Assembly: GCF_004010195.1 (NCBI RefSeq)
Contig: NC_057757.1
Span: 3,572,197 to 3,619,360, forward strand
DNA length: 47,164 nucleotides
From: Chiloscyllium plagiosum
Lineage: Eukaryota
Reading direction: 5' to 3'
Of this stretch, positions 12,066 to 23,668 are shown piece by piece. Both the position numbers and the translations under genes were made by a program. Under the pieces are notes generated by a model. That model saw only the letters and a program-made list of their open reading frames with translations, did no database searches and had not been told where the DNA came from. Within the stretch, counting starts at the first letter, position 1, and each line of letters begins with the position of its first letter.

Positions 12066-14022
12066 GAGATCAAAACTGTATCTCCTAGTGTTTTGAAAAT
12101 ATNNNNNNNNNNNNNNNNNNNNNNNNNNNNNNNNNNNNNNNNNNNNNNNNNNNNNNNNNNNNNNNNNNNNNNNNNNNNNNNNNNNNNNNNNNNNNNNNNN
12201 NNNNNNNNNNNNNNNNNNNNNNNNNNNNNNNNNNNNNNNNNNNNNNNNNNNNNNNNNNNNNNNNNNNNNNNNNNNNNNNNNNNNNNNNNNNNNNNNNNNN
12301 NNNNNNNNNNNNNNNNNNNNNNNNNNNNNNNNNNNNNNNNNNNNNNNNNNNNNNNNNNNNNNNNNNNNNNNNNNNNNNNNNNNNNNNNNNNNNNNNNNNN
12401 NNNNNNNNNNNNNNNNNNNNNNNNNNNNNNNNNNNNNNNNNNNNNNNNNNNNNNNNNNNNNNNNNNNNNNNNNNNNNNNNNNNNNNNNNNNNNNNNNNNN
12501 NNNNNNNNNNNNNNNNNNNNNNNNNNNNNNNNNNNNNNNNNNNNNNNNNNNNNNNNNNNNNNNNNNNNNNNNNNNNNNNNNNNNNNNNNNNNNNNNNNNN
12601 NNGCAATGCTTATCTTCAGTGACTGGTGTACAAGGGCCCCCAGGCCTCATACATCTCCCTTTCTGAATCGATCACCTTTCAGATTAGGATCTGCCTTCCT
12701 ATGTTTGCTATTAAATTGGATTATTTCCAAAGCATGTCCAGAAGCTTTTACAGTCAGTTCCCCGTAAGCTTCCTCCTATCCTGTTTTCCACCCCCACCTC
12801 ATTATCAATCCCTTTGTTCTCCGAAATCCAAATTGCTCCCATTCCTCAGGAACACTAAGGGTGGCGAAGTGCTGAGGATCGTGTTGAAATGTAAGACTGA
12901 GGCAGATGATTTCAGCGAGTGGAAAACAAGTCTCAAGGTGGCCAATGTTTCCCTCCTGTTCCCATTTTGTATTGTCACGGACTGAATTGCACAAAGGTTT
13001 GAAATGTTACTCCGAAATTGGCCTCCTTAGACGTAGTTGCCCTTGAGGTATTGAGACAGACACATAAACAGGCAGGGAATAGGGGGATCCACACTGTGCA
13101 CAGGCAAATGGGATCAGTTGAGAATGGCATTGTGGTTGGCACAGACACTGCGGGCCGAATGGCCTGTTCCTGTGCCGTGTTGTTCTCTGCTCCGTGTTTA
13201 AGTGTCTCACTGGGCCGTCCCAGAATGCAGTTAATGGTGAACTCCGTTGTTGTCGCTTCGGGTTGAAGTCACATGAGGGCGAAGTATTGGTCAGGTCATT
13301 GGCGTTACCTCGGTCCCCATCTCTGTTCTCCTTGTTAGCGGGATCGTTTACCTCAGCAGGAGAGGTCAGCTCATTCCATCCCAGGTTAGATTACGAAAAT
13401 AGAAACTGCGTTCTTGTGGAAGGTGCAGCATTTTGATCCACTCTCTTGTTCCAACTCACCCCAACACATGACCCCTCTGTGGCAGCCATCTTGTTTGAGG
13501 GAGATAATTAAATAAAATAACTTAATCCAATCAACACCCAGACTGGACTGAATTGAAAGAGTCACTTTTTGTGAAGGGATGATGATGAATTGAAAGGGGG
13601 GAGTGAGGGATGCTGGAAATCTGAAATAGCAATGTCAAATTCGAGGAAACGTTCAGGCAGTTCCCTGTGATAACTGAAAGATTTCACACCTTAGCTGTTT
13701 GGCCTTTCATCTGAGCTGGGGAAGAGTTAGGGATGGTTTAGGTTTCAAAAAAAGGAGTGGATGTGATCAGGACAAAAGGATAACTGAGACTGGGTCAAGG
13801 AAGGAGAGTCGGCCGACGGAAGAGGGTAGCTTCCAAGGTCTCAAGCAATGGGGCAACAGAACGACAAAGAAAAAACAGAGAGAATGGCAAAATGCCCCCA
13901 GAATAGGTGTATAATTGTGGGAAAGGCAACAAAAGAAGAAAAATGGAAATGTGCACAAGGAACATACAAACTGGGCTCACAACACGAACATCAATGAACT
14001 CAGTGTTAACTCCAGAGCACTA

Positions 14023-14111
14023 TTCCTGATGAAGGGCTTTTGCCCGAAACGTCGATTTTACCGCTCCTCGGATGCTGCCTGAACTGCAGTGCTTTACCAG
14101 CACCACTAATA
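14023..14111 (+). mobile_element. Single arm of the Penelope-like element with a 10-bp TSD
   Basis: CAGAGCACTA is duplicated at 14013-14022 and 14112-14121. Confidence 0.8.
14026..14053 (+). ncRNA. Minimal type I hammerhead ribozyme core
   Basis: CUGAUGA-A-GGGC(UUUU)GCCC-GAAAC-GUC: intact catalytic core, 4-bp stem II and palindromic ACGU stem III. Stem I is weak. Confidence 0.7.
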
Positions 14112-14599
14112 CAGAGCACTAGCAAAGTGCCTCAGCGAAAGACAGGCAGTTAGCTCTCCTGAGGCTGCCCTGACTTGGCACACACAGCTGTCTGATCTGC
14201 AGTCTGACCCCTGACCAATCCTCGACTAATCCATGATTTCACCCTCACTGACCTTTGCCTGACTCCTGAGGTATCCCTGACTAACCTCGGACTGACGTGT
14301 GAGCGAACCTCCCTGTCTCTGACTCCTCACTGACATTTTGTCTGACCCTTCACTCATCCTTGACTGACTCACACTGAAGCCTGACTGACAATAATCCCCT
14401 CCAATCCCCTCACCATCCTGATATGGAAATATATTGCTGTTCCTTCACTGTCATTGGGTCAATATCCTGGCATACACTCCCTGATGATATGGGGCGGGTC
14501 TACCTAAAGCATTCTAACACATGCACACACATGAACAATTAGTCACATGCATGAACAATTAGTCACACGCTTGCACAAACAACAGGACTACCACCAACA

Positions 14600-14972
14600 C
14601 TTGATGTGTCTCTGTGTCTAAGTATGTTTCTGTCTCTGTCTGCGTGTGTCTGTCTATTTCTGTCTGATTATCTGTGTGTCTCAGTGTGTGTCTCTGTGTT
14701 TGTGTCTCTGTTGTTTTGGGGCTGTATCCATTAAATGGGGTTTAACTCTCTCTACCTATCTATTCTTCTATTTAAATTGATACAATGCTGTTGGTCACGT
14801 TGATGTGTGTGTTTGTGTGTGTGGGCCCACCTCTGCCTACAATGGGACACAGTTTGTCCTGGAGGGAAGTTTAAATGAATGAATTAAAATGTAAATCAAT
14901 GTCTCTGACCCTCTTGTGTTTAAAGTGATACAATGCCACCCTCTGCTGGCCACCCCGCGCCACTACACAAGC
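14600..14972. repeat. Left arm of an inverted duplication (partner at about 17270-17640)
   Basis: Blocks such as TTTTGGGGCTGTATCCATT, TGTTGGTCACGTTGATGTGTGTG, GGGACACAGTTTGT and CCCTCTTGTGTTTAA recur as reverse complements. Confidence 0.8.
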
Positions 14973-15135
14973 GGCAAGTTCTTTCTGGGACAATTGGCTC
15001 CTGTCCCTGTGGTGACGTCACCCCAAGAATGGCGGCCCAAATGGGGATGGACTGACAAGGAGGAAGCGGGAGGAGGCAAGAGGTGACACTGGCCGGGGGC
15101 CTGAGGCCATGCAGAGCGGCTCCCTCTGGCGGCCG
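14935..15135. promoter_or_regulatory. GC/CpG-rich regulatory patch: two CTCF-like sites, CCAAT, CRE and a YY1-like site
   Basis: Minus strand: TGGCCAGCAGAGGGTGGC (14935-14952) and CGGCCGCCAGAGGGAGC (about 15118-15135). Palindrome GGTGACGTCACC at 15011-15022. AAGAATGGCGGC at 15025-15036. Confidence 0.55.
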
Positions 15136-15559
15136 GGAGGAGGAATCAGCAGCCGCTGTACAAACAAATAAAGATAGTATTTTCAAGATAAATGTCCCAC
15201 TGGATACTGTATTCTCCTTTCTTTATCCTGTAATAAGGCAGCAGCCACCTCCTGAAATATCAACATGAATTACTTCAGTGCTATAAGACAGGACATGACT
15301 AAGTTTTAGTAACCACAGAAGGATGAAAACATTTAACATTATTGTCCACAGTGCCCAGGGATGTGCAGACTGGGTGGGTTGGCCAAGGGAAATGCAAAGG
15401 AATTGTTCTGTTCAAACAGCTTGACAACTGCTTACACTGGAAACTGAAATAATAACTAAGCGTTTCCAAAAGCTTCTGTGGATAGAGGATGAGGGAGGGT
15501 TAAAATATCAGGTCGACAAAAGCTTAAAATATAGTTCCAAAACTGGAGGTTCGAATTAG

Positions 15560-16990
15560 CCGGCGCCCAGTTATAGGAAGGATCTCATTAAGCTGGAGAG
15601 GGTTGGGAAGAGATTTACCAGGATGTTGCCAGAAATGGAAGGTTTGAGTTACAAAGAAATGTCTAGGATCCTTTTCTGCTGGAGGTTGAGAGGCGAGCTG
15701 GTAGTAGTTTATAAAATAACAAGAGCTATGGATAGAGTTAATGGTAGTTGTCCTCTCCCTAGGATGGGGGATTTCAAGAGAATGGAGTTGTGGTTCTGTT
15801 TGCCGAGCTGGGAATTTGTGTTGCAGATCTTTCGTCCCCTGTCTAGGTGACATCCTCAGTGCTTGGGAGCCTCCTGTGAAGCGCTTCTGTGATCTTTCCT
15901 CCGGCATTTATAGTGATTTGTATCTGCCGCTTCCGGCTGTCAGTTCCAGCTGTCCACTGCAGTGGTCGGTATATTGGGTCCAGGTCGATGTGCTTATTGA
16001 TTGAATCTGTGGATGAATGCCATACCTTTAGGAATTCCCTGGCTGTTCTCTGTTTGGCTTATCCTATAGTAGTAGTGTTGTCCCAGTTGAACTCATGTTG
16101 CTTGTCATCTGAGTGTGTGGCTACTAAGGATAGCTGGTCATGTCGTTTCGTGGCNNNNNNNNNNNNNNNNNNNNNNNNNNNNNNNNNNNNNNNNNNNNNN
16201 NNNNNNNNNNNNNNNNNNNNNNNNNNNNNNNNNNNNNNNNNNNNNNNNNNNNNNNNNNNNNNNNNNNNNNNNNNNNNNNNNNNNNNNNNNNNNNNNNNNN
16301 NNNNNNNNNNNNNNNNNNNNNNNNNNNNNNNNNNNNNNNNNNNNNNNNNNNNNNNNNNNNNNNNNNNNNNNNNNNNNNNNNNNNNNNNNNNNNNNNNNNN
16401 NNNNNNNNNNNNNNNNNNNNNNNNNNNNNNNNNNNNNNNNNNNNNNNNNNNNNNNNNNNNNNNNNNNNNNNNNNNNNNNNNNNNNNNNNNNNNNNNNNNN
16501 NNNNNNNNNNNNNNNNNNNNNNNNNNNNNNNNNNNNNNNNNNNNNNNNNNNNNNNNNNNNNNNNNNNNNNNNNNNNNNNNNNNNNNNNNNGTGTCATCTA
16601 CATATCTGACCCAGAGTTTGGGTTGAGTTTGCGGTAAGACTGTTTGTTCTAATGTTTGCATTACCGCTTCTGCTATGAGTGCAGAGATGGGTGAGCCCAT
16701 GGGTGTGCCGTTGATTTGTTCATATATTTGGTTGTTGAATGTGAAGTGTGTTGTGAGGCACAGGTCCAGTAGTTTGAGTATGCCGTCTTTGTTGATAGGT
16801 TCAACGTCCTGTTGTCTGTTCTGTATGTCCAGCAGGTTGGCTATTGTTTCTCTGGCTAGGGTTTTGTCGATAGAGGTGAACATGGGGTATATGCGTTTAA
16901 GGTGAGAGGAGAGAGATTAAAAAAAAGACATAAGGAGCAAATGTTTTGCACAAACTGCGGTTGCATGTGACATGAACCTCCAGACTTCAG
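15560..16990 (+). mobile_element. CR1 3' fragment split by a Penelope insertion
   Basis: CR1 3' sequence stops at about 15785 and resumes at about 16884 (GGGTATATGCGTTTAAGGTGAGAGG). Confidence 0.65.
15786..16883 (-). mobile_element. Penelope-like retroelement 1 (RT, GIY-YIG C-terminus, terminal repeat with hammerhead motif); spans a gap
   Basis: FTSID...YEQINGTPMGSPIS...LWVRYVDD; HDQLSLVATHSDDKQHEFNWD; GCA-CUGAGGA-stem II-GAAA-GAUC-UGC at 15822-15862 on the minus strand. Confidence 0.92.
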
Positions 16991-17269
16991 AATAAATGGT
17001 ACCGTTTGTTCAGGGATTAGGAACTTGCTTTCTCTTTATTGTCCACGGATTGTGTAATTACACAGAGTAATGAAGAAAATAAACCACAAGTTCTTACAGA
17101 AATAAGCTAAAGTTTTAGACACACTCAGAGATAAAACAATCTGAATATATCCATCTTTATTTCCATTCACTGTTTTTTGGGCTGATTTGAACTGGGAACA
17201 GGGGCTTCAGTTTAGAAATAATGCTATGAAGAGCGGACAGGAACAAACTGATTGACAAAAAAAAACCTG

Positions 17270-17640
17270 TCGCTTTTGCAGTGGCGCAGGCAGGCCAGCA
17301 GAGGGTAGTATTGTATCACGTTAAACACAAGAGGGACATGCGTAAAATTTTTAATTCTTTCATTCGTTCAACCTTCCCTCCAGAACAAACTGTGTCCCAC
17401 TGCGGACTAAGATAGACACACACACACATCAACGTGACCAACAGTGCCATATTACTTTAAACACAAGAAGGATAGATAGAGACAAATGGAGGGGGGTTTA
17501 ACCCCAATGGATACAGCCCCCAAAACAGCAGAGAGCACATTGCACAGAGACACAGAGAGACACACAAACATAGAGACACACTACTACACACTCATGTCTT
17601 CACACACACACATCGATAGACAGAGATCAACAGACAAAAA
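17270..17640. repeat. Right arm of the inverted duplication, with a CTCF-like site at 17277-17309
   Basis: Reverse complement of 14600-14972; contains TGCAGTGGC-N6-AGGCCAGCAGAGGGTAG. Confidence 0.8.
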
Positions 17641-17734
17641 CACACAGACACGGGGCAAACACAGATCCACATATATTCAGAGACACAGACACATATACAG
17701 GGTCACACATAGATAAACACACACAAAGCAAATT

Positions 17735-18710
17735 TTGAGAAGATTTGTAGCTCAGGTTGAGGTTCAGGATGTAGGTTTGCTCACTGAGCTGGAAGGTTCA
17801 TTTTCAGACGTTTTGTCACCATGCCAGGAACATCATCAACAAGCCTTCAGATGAAGCACTGGCGGCATGGTCCGCTTTCCATTTATGTGTTTAGGTTTCC
17901 TTGGGTTGGTGATGTCATTTCCTGTGCTGATGTCATTTCCTGTTCTTTTTCTCAGGGGGTGGCAAATGGCATCCAAGTCAATGTGTTTGTTGATCGAGTT
18001 CTGGTTGGAATGACATGCGTCTAGGAATTCTCGTGCATGTCTCTGTTTGGCTTGTCCTGGAATGGATGTGTTGTCCCAGTTGAAGTGGTGTCCTTCCTTA
18101 TCTGTATGTAAGGATACTAGTGAGAGAGGGTCATGTCTTTTTGTGACTAGTTGATGTTCATGTACCCTGGTGGCTAGTTTTCTGCCTGTTTGTCCAATGT
18201 AGTGTTTGTTACAGCTCTTGCAAGGTATTTTGTAAATTACTTTAGTTTTGCTTGTTGTCTGTATAGGGTCTTTCAAGTTCATGAGCTGCTGTTTGTGTGT
18301 TGGTGTGTTTGTGGGCTACCATGGTGCCAAGGGGTCTGAGTAGTCTGGCAGTCATTTCCGAGATGTCTTTGATGTAGGGGAGAGTGGCTCGGGTTTCTGG
18401 ATGTGTTTTGTCTGTTTGTTTGGGTTTGTTGCTGAGAAATCAGCGGGCTGCGTTCATTGGGTACCCATTCTTTTTGAATACGCAGTATAGGTGGTTTTCC
18501 TCTGCTCTGCGTAGTTCCTCTGTGCTGCAGTGTGTGGTGGCTTGTTGAAATAATGTTCTAATGCGGCTTCATTTGTGAGTGTAGGGATGATTGCTTCTGT
18601 AGTTCAGTATTTGATCTGTATGTGTTGTTTTCCTGAAAACGCTGGTTTGAAGTTCCCCATTGGCTGTTCGCTCTATTGTGACATCTAGGAATGGCAGTTT
18701 GTTGATTTCT
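17735..18710 (-). mobile_element. Penelope-like retroelement 2 (RT thumb, GIY-YIG endonuclease, 3' terminal repeat)
   Basis: ORF 17836-18282 VIYKIPCKSCNKHYIGQTGRKLATRVHEH; decayed hammerhead motif at about 17803-17841. Confidence 0.92.
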
Positions 18711-19520
18711 CAGCAACAAACCCTCCTGTTCCGATCCCTCCTGTTCCAATACTGACGCCAGTGCCCCACGGAAAGGATCCCCTCTTTCCCACACCATCTT
18801 TTAACAACCTATTTCCTTCCCTATTCCCGTGTCCCTGTGCCAATTTGGACATGGCTCGGGCAGTAATCCAGAGGTGATGAACCTTGAGGACCTGTTCTTT
18901 AATTTGGTTCCCAGCTCCTGATAATCCCTGAACAACTCCTCTTTCCTGGTCTTGCCAACATAGTTTGTCCCAACATGGACCTCAACAACTGGATCCTCCC
19001 CCTCCTGCTCCAGTCTCCTTTCAAGCCGGTCAGAGATGTCCCTCACCCTAGCACCGGGCAAGCAACATACCACACGGGACTCTAGAGCCTGCTCACAAAG
19101 CACACTATCTCTCCCCCAAATGATAGAATCCCCCAAAACTACCACTTGTCCTTTTGCCTCCCCCCTCTTGAATAGCCTCCTGTACCACAGTGCGGTGGTC
19201 AGCTGGTCTCATCCCCCCCTGCAGCCCTGTTTCTCAACCACACAGGGAGCAAGGACCTCATACTTGTCAGACAAGCTCAAGAGCTGAGGCTCCTCTCCCT
19301 GGATCCCTCTACCTGCCTCACTTGCAGTCACTCCCTGTGCTCCCTGGACACTGACCGATCCTGGATCTACTAGGAGTGACTGCCTCCTAAAACCGAGTGT
19401 CCAGATAACTCTCTCTCCCATCCCAGGTGTGCTGCAGAGTTTGAAGCTCAGATTCCAGCTCACCAATTCTGAGTCAGAGTTCTTCCAGCAATCAACACTT
19501 GCTACAGATGTGGCCACCCG
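18711..19520 (-). mobile_element. CR1 ORF1 fragment (SGNH esterase-like domain)
   Basis: VVLGDSII, CLPGARVRDISDRL and VHVGTN motifs typical of vertebrate CR1 ORF1. Confidence 0.88.
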
Positions 19521-19689
19521 TTGTCTCCCACACCTTTAATGTCCTCAAAGAATTCTAGTAAATGAGTTAAACATGACTGGTCTTTCATGAACCCATACTA
19601 CGTCTGCCCAATGGGACAACCTCTATCCAGCCATTTCACTATGTCTACCTTGATGATAGATTGAAGCATTTTCCCTACTATGGAAGATA

Positions 19690-20520
19690 AATTAGGATGC
19701 TTTCTATGGTGAACCGATAAAAATTAGTGGGACTCGATATAGACCTGCTGAACTTCCTTAGCCTCTTGAGGAAATAGAGTTGTTGTTGAGCTTTCTTGAG
19801 CGTTACGTTGACCTGGGTGGACCAGGACGTTGGTGATTGTCTCTCCAAGGAACTTGACGCTGTCCACCATCTCCCCCTCAATCCCTGTGGGTGTCTGTGT
19901 GTATGTGCGTGTGTGTGAATGTGTCTGTGTGTGAATGTGTCTGTATGTGAATGTGTGTGTGCGTGCGAGTTTGTGTGCGTGCGAATGTGTGTGCATGGCT
20001 GTGTGTGTGTATGTGAGTGCGAGAGTGTAGGTATGACTGTGTGGGTGTCTCTGTGTGTGTGTGAATGTGNNNNNNNNNNNNNNNNNNNNNNNNNNNNNNN
20101 NNNNNNNNNNNNNNNNNNNNNNNNNNNNNNNNNNNNNNNNNNNNNNNNNNNNNNNNNNNNNNNNNNNNNNNNNNNNNNNNNNNNNNNNNNNNNNNNNNNN
20201 NNNNNNNNNNNNNNNNNNNNNNNNNNNNNNNNNNNNNNNNNNNNNNNNNNNNNNNNNNNNTGTGCGTGAATGTGTGTGTATGGCTGTGTGTGAATGTGTC
20301 TGCGTGTGAGAGAGAGTGTGTGTGTGTGAATGTGTCTGCACGTTGGGTGGGGGAGCTGGGTTGTGGGGATAGGCACTGAGACCTCGGTCTCAGAGTTTAG
20401 AGATGGGTTTGTTTGGAGTTATGGTGCTGAAAGTGGAACTGTCATTGATAAGTAGGAACTTGATGTAAGTATCCCTGTTATTCAGACATTCCAGGGCTGA
20501 GTGTAGGATCATTAGCTGCA
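19690..20520 (-). mobile_element. Rex1/Babar-like LINE RT C-terminal fragment interrupted by a (CA/TG)-rich tract and a gap
   Basis: VDSVKFLG.TI, WSTQVNVTLKKAQQQLYFLKRLRKF, NFYRFTIESIL. Confidence 0.65.
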
Positions 20521-20842
20521 AATGTCAAGTGTTGTGACAGTGTAAACCTCAGGACTTCAATAAGTCTTCGCAGATTAAAGGAAGCGAAAATAACTCTGTC
20601 TGCAATAAACTGTGTGGGGACGAGGACAAGGTGTTACACAAGATCTGAAAGCAAATAGCCATGCCTGGGAAAAGAAAGAGTTGAAGTTACAGCAACAAAC
20701 CTGTTTAACACCCTTTTGATAACTGGTTAGCTTATGCTACACGGAGAAATGATGACTCAGCAGGAATTCATCACAGGAAAGCTGAGTCTTCAGACAGACA
20801 AGTCAATGCCAAATGTAACAGGGAACAAGGAAGCTCCCATTA

Positions 20843-21140
20843 AGGTCGAGAGTGTGGCGCTGGAAAAGCACAGCCGGTCAGGCAGCATCTGAGAATCGAT
20901 GTTACGGGCATAAGCCCTTGATCAGGAATGAAGTCAGCAAGTTAGTCTCACAATCCAGCTTGTCTATTAATGGTGGAATTTATCTCCCATTCTAACCAAC
21001 AGCGTCTGTCTCTGGATAAGCCCTTCATCAGGAAGACATTCAGAAAACTGCACAAGGGTCAACCCTGTACATCCAGAGACAGACGCTGCTGGTTAGACTC
21101 GACTCTGACTCTCCAGTACCTGCAGTCCTCACTTTCTCCG
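20843..21140. mobile_element. Rearranged palindromic Penelope-like element with cargo
   Basis: Arm at 20843-20929, cargo at 20929-21017, arm fragment AAGCCCTTCATCAGGAA, second cargo, then terminal CTGCAGTCCTCACTTTCTCC. Confidence 0.75.
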
Positions 21141-21856
21141 AGCTCCTGTCAGGGGACAAGCTGCAGGCTTAGTGGTTCCAGAGGAATAGTCAGTATTGTA
21201 GATGAATGAGTCTAAGGGATCATCAGTAATGTCACATCACAAACCCGAAAATTGTACAAGAATTCAACTCCAGCAAACCACACAAGGATCGATCCTGTAC
21301 ATCCAGAGACAGACGCTGCTGGTTAGAATCGTAGATTAACTCCACCATTAATAGACAAGTTTGGTTGTGAAGCTTAACTTGCTGACTTCAGGGGTCTTAT
21401 TTTGGTTATTACAAGCAATCAGGTTTAAATATTCATTTCAGTATTCAATTATCTGTGCACTTTCCTAATATGTAGCCTAGTTGAAGGCAGCTTATGGTAA
21501 CTTACACACAACAGTGCACCCATCTATAGTGAAAAGAGCTAGAGTGACACTGAGAGAGTTGTTCTTTCTCAGAGCCAGCACAGACACAACATCTGAATGG
21601 CCTCTATCTGTGCTGTAACAATTTCAGTCATTCTGTAATAAACACCCAGAGTGAGGGCAGACAGTGTGAACCCATACCATGTTGCTGTGTTCCTTACTCC
21701 CACACTATCCCTGAACTAAACGCTGGTGTTGCATTGTGTAAAGACACTCAGCCCTCTTCGGCAAGGATCAAGAATACATAAAGCCTGGGATCTCAGATCG
21801 GAATCGGAATCCTGAGAAAATATGTATTTAGTGTTCCAAACATTGGCAAGTAAACA

Positions 21857-22752
21857 TCATCGAATTGCTTTGACCAACTTTATAAAGGGACACATTATTC
21901 CATTCTTCATCTCTTCTCTGAATTTCCTCTGGGTAACTGCATAAATAAAGGTGTTTGTGCAGCAACTCAGGAGCTGCAGCATGAAGCCAATCTCTCTTAC
22001 AAATGTTGGCAGAGGAACTGGATATCCCAAGTAATCGAATCGTTTCAATATGGAATAAGCAATGAACACCACCCACAACATGATGAAATTGCCAGATATA
22101 ATAAATAACATAATCATGGATTTCCTCCGACTCCCCATCTCTGGGTCACTGACACTGTCCCCAGACGTCTGAGCCCGGAGTCTCCTGCGAGCTCTGTTGG
22201 CTAATATAATGTTTCTGACTGTCAAAGTGTTTAACAGGAGAATCAAAATAAATGGAATGAACGGCGTTATGATGTAATGCATTAATTCAACAATGGCCCA
22301 GACAATTGAAGTAAATACATTTGGATTAACTCTACAAAACCATGGGCTATTCGAAAGCCAATATATATTGTAATACATGAAATACCAGAAAATATTCTTC
22401 AGACAACTCAGCACAGTCACTGTTCCTAAAACCACACCCGCTGTTTTCTTAGTGCAATATTTACTTCTCAGCTTTTGGCAACAGATGGCCACAAACCGAT
22501 CAAAGGTGAACGTGACCGTGAACCAGACAGAGCAGTCTGTGGCAGCAAAAAGCAGAACTGCGTGAATGTTGCACAAGGGGAGAAAATACACAAAATGAAA
22601 CTCATCCCGATACGTAATAGGAATTTGTCGTAGTATCAGATCGAAGATAATGACCAGTAGATCCGCCGTTGCCATAGCCACTAGATATTGAGTGACACAT
22701 TTGGAAAGACCACACTTCCCCCGAACCAGGATCGTAATTGCAATCACATTAA
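21857..22752 (-). CDS. GPR139/142-like class A GPCR gene 2, exon 2 (spliced product 330 aa, intact)
   Basis: Acceptor TTCTTTCCAG|TT. RGKCGLS in ICL1, MATADLL in TM2, TM3 Cys and TFDRFVAICC, ECL2 PWFC, TPFIPF in TM5, CTNTFIY in TM7, helix 8 KFREE. No stops. Confidence 0.93.
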
Positions 22753-23094
22753 CTGGAAAGAAGAGAATAAATAGAATCATTTATTGTTTAGAGTCAAAAA
22801 TTGTGACACTGGAAAAGCACAGCAGGTCAGGCAGCATCCGAGAATTGACTTTATGGGTTTAAGCCCTTCATCCAAAATGCTCAAGTATAATGAAGAAATC
22901 ATTGCTCACTGTATTGCCAGAAAAACAATTAAACTAATTCTTCAACGGGAGCCCAAAGTTTTTGCAACAAACTGCAAGGTAACAACAATTTTGCTGTTTA
23001 ATATTTCATTGAGATAGTGTTCACAATGTTTACTTGTTAAAGATCAAAAACACAATGTAATCACAGTGCCATATCACAATGTGGCCACAAAGCT

Positions 23095-23265
23095 ATGAGA
23101 AAGCAAGAAAGAGAGAGAGAAGAAAGAAAGAGAGAAGAAAGAAGGAAAGATGCAAAAAAAGCAAGAAAGGAAGAGAGAAGAAAGAAGGGAAGAAAGGAAG
23201 AAAGGAAAGAAAAAAAAATGAAGGAACAAAGGAAATGGAAGAAGGGAAGAAAGGAAAAAAGAATG
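23095..23265. repeat. Purine-rich (AAAG/AAGG) simple repeat in the gene 2 intron
   Basis: Direct inspection. Confidence 0.9.
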
Positions 23266-23483
23266 AATGTGGGTTAGTTAGATGGACAGATATATCAATA
23301 GAATGTTGATTGTGTTTTTTGCTTTACTGATGAGCAATGGTCTTTCAGTCCTAAAGAACAAAGGTATTCTTCCAGGCAATGTTGCAATGTAAGGAGGACT
23401 GTTTTAAGAAAGGCAAATCTTTTAAGATGCTGGATATAATTACATTCCACTTCTTGAATAAACACCCCGAGGGTGCAACTTAC

Positions 23484-23580
23484 CCATGACACCAAACGCA
23501 GCTAAGACCGGGTAGTAAATCTTCTGTATGTCATTAATCGCCCACAGAATCTTCAGCTTGACCAAAAAACCAAGAGACAT
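23484..23580 (-). CDS. GPCR gene 2, exon 1 (MSLGFLVKLKILWAINDIQKIYYPVLAAFGVM)
   Basis: Phase-1 donor G|GTAAGT. 97 + 896 nt = 993 nt, in frame. The ATG is conserved in gene 3. Confidence 0.88.
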
Positions 23581-23668
23581 GATGTCCCTTTGGAAAGTAA
23601 TGGACGTTTCGAAGGTGGCAGTTAAAGTTTGGTCTGTTCTCTGTTTGAGAGATGGAGAGAACATCTCT

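Noticed and set aside
12033..12767. Long ORFs spanning N runs (also at 15889-16637)
   Set aside because: Artefacts of assembly gaps; only the Penelope RT portion is real.
22753..22780. ORF-track start codons for the GPCRs (22780, 38980, 6563)
   Set aside because: 22780 and 38980 lie in the intron polypyrimidine tract, and 6563 is out of frame with TM1-TM3. The real N-termini come from upstream exons.
23079..23309. Lys/Glu/Arg-rich ORFs, the IYLS-repeat ORFs at 39888-40360 and the HT-repeat ORFs at 19678-20379
   Set aside because: Translations of simple repeats.
23581..23664. Longer N-terminus for gene 2 from the ATG at 23664
   Set aside because: This ATG is only 4 nt downstream of the TATA box, so probably upstream of the TSS, and it is absent in gene 3.
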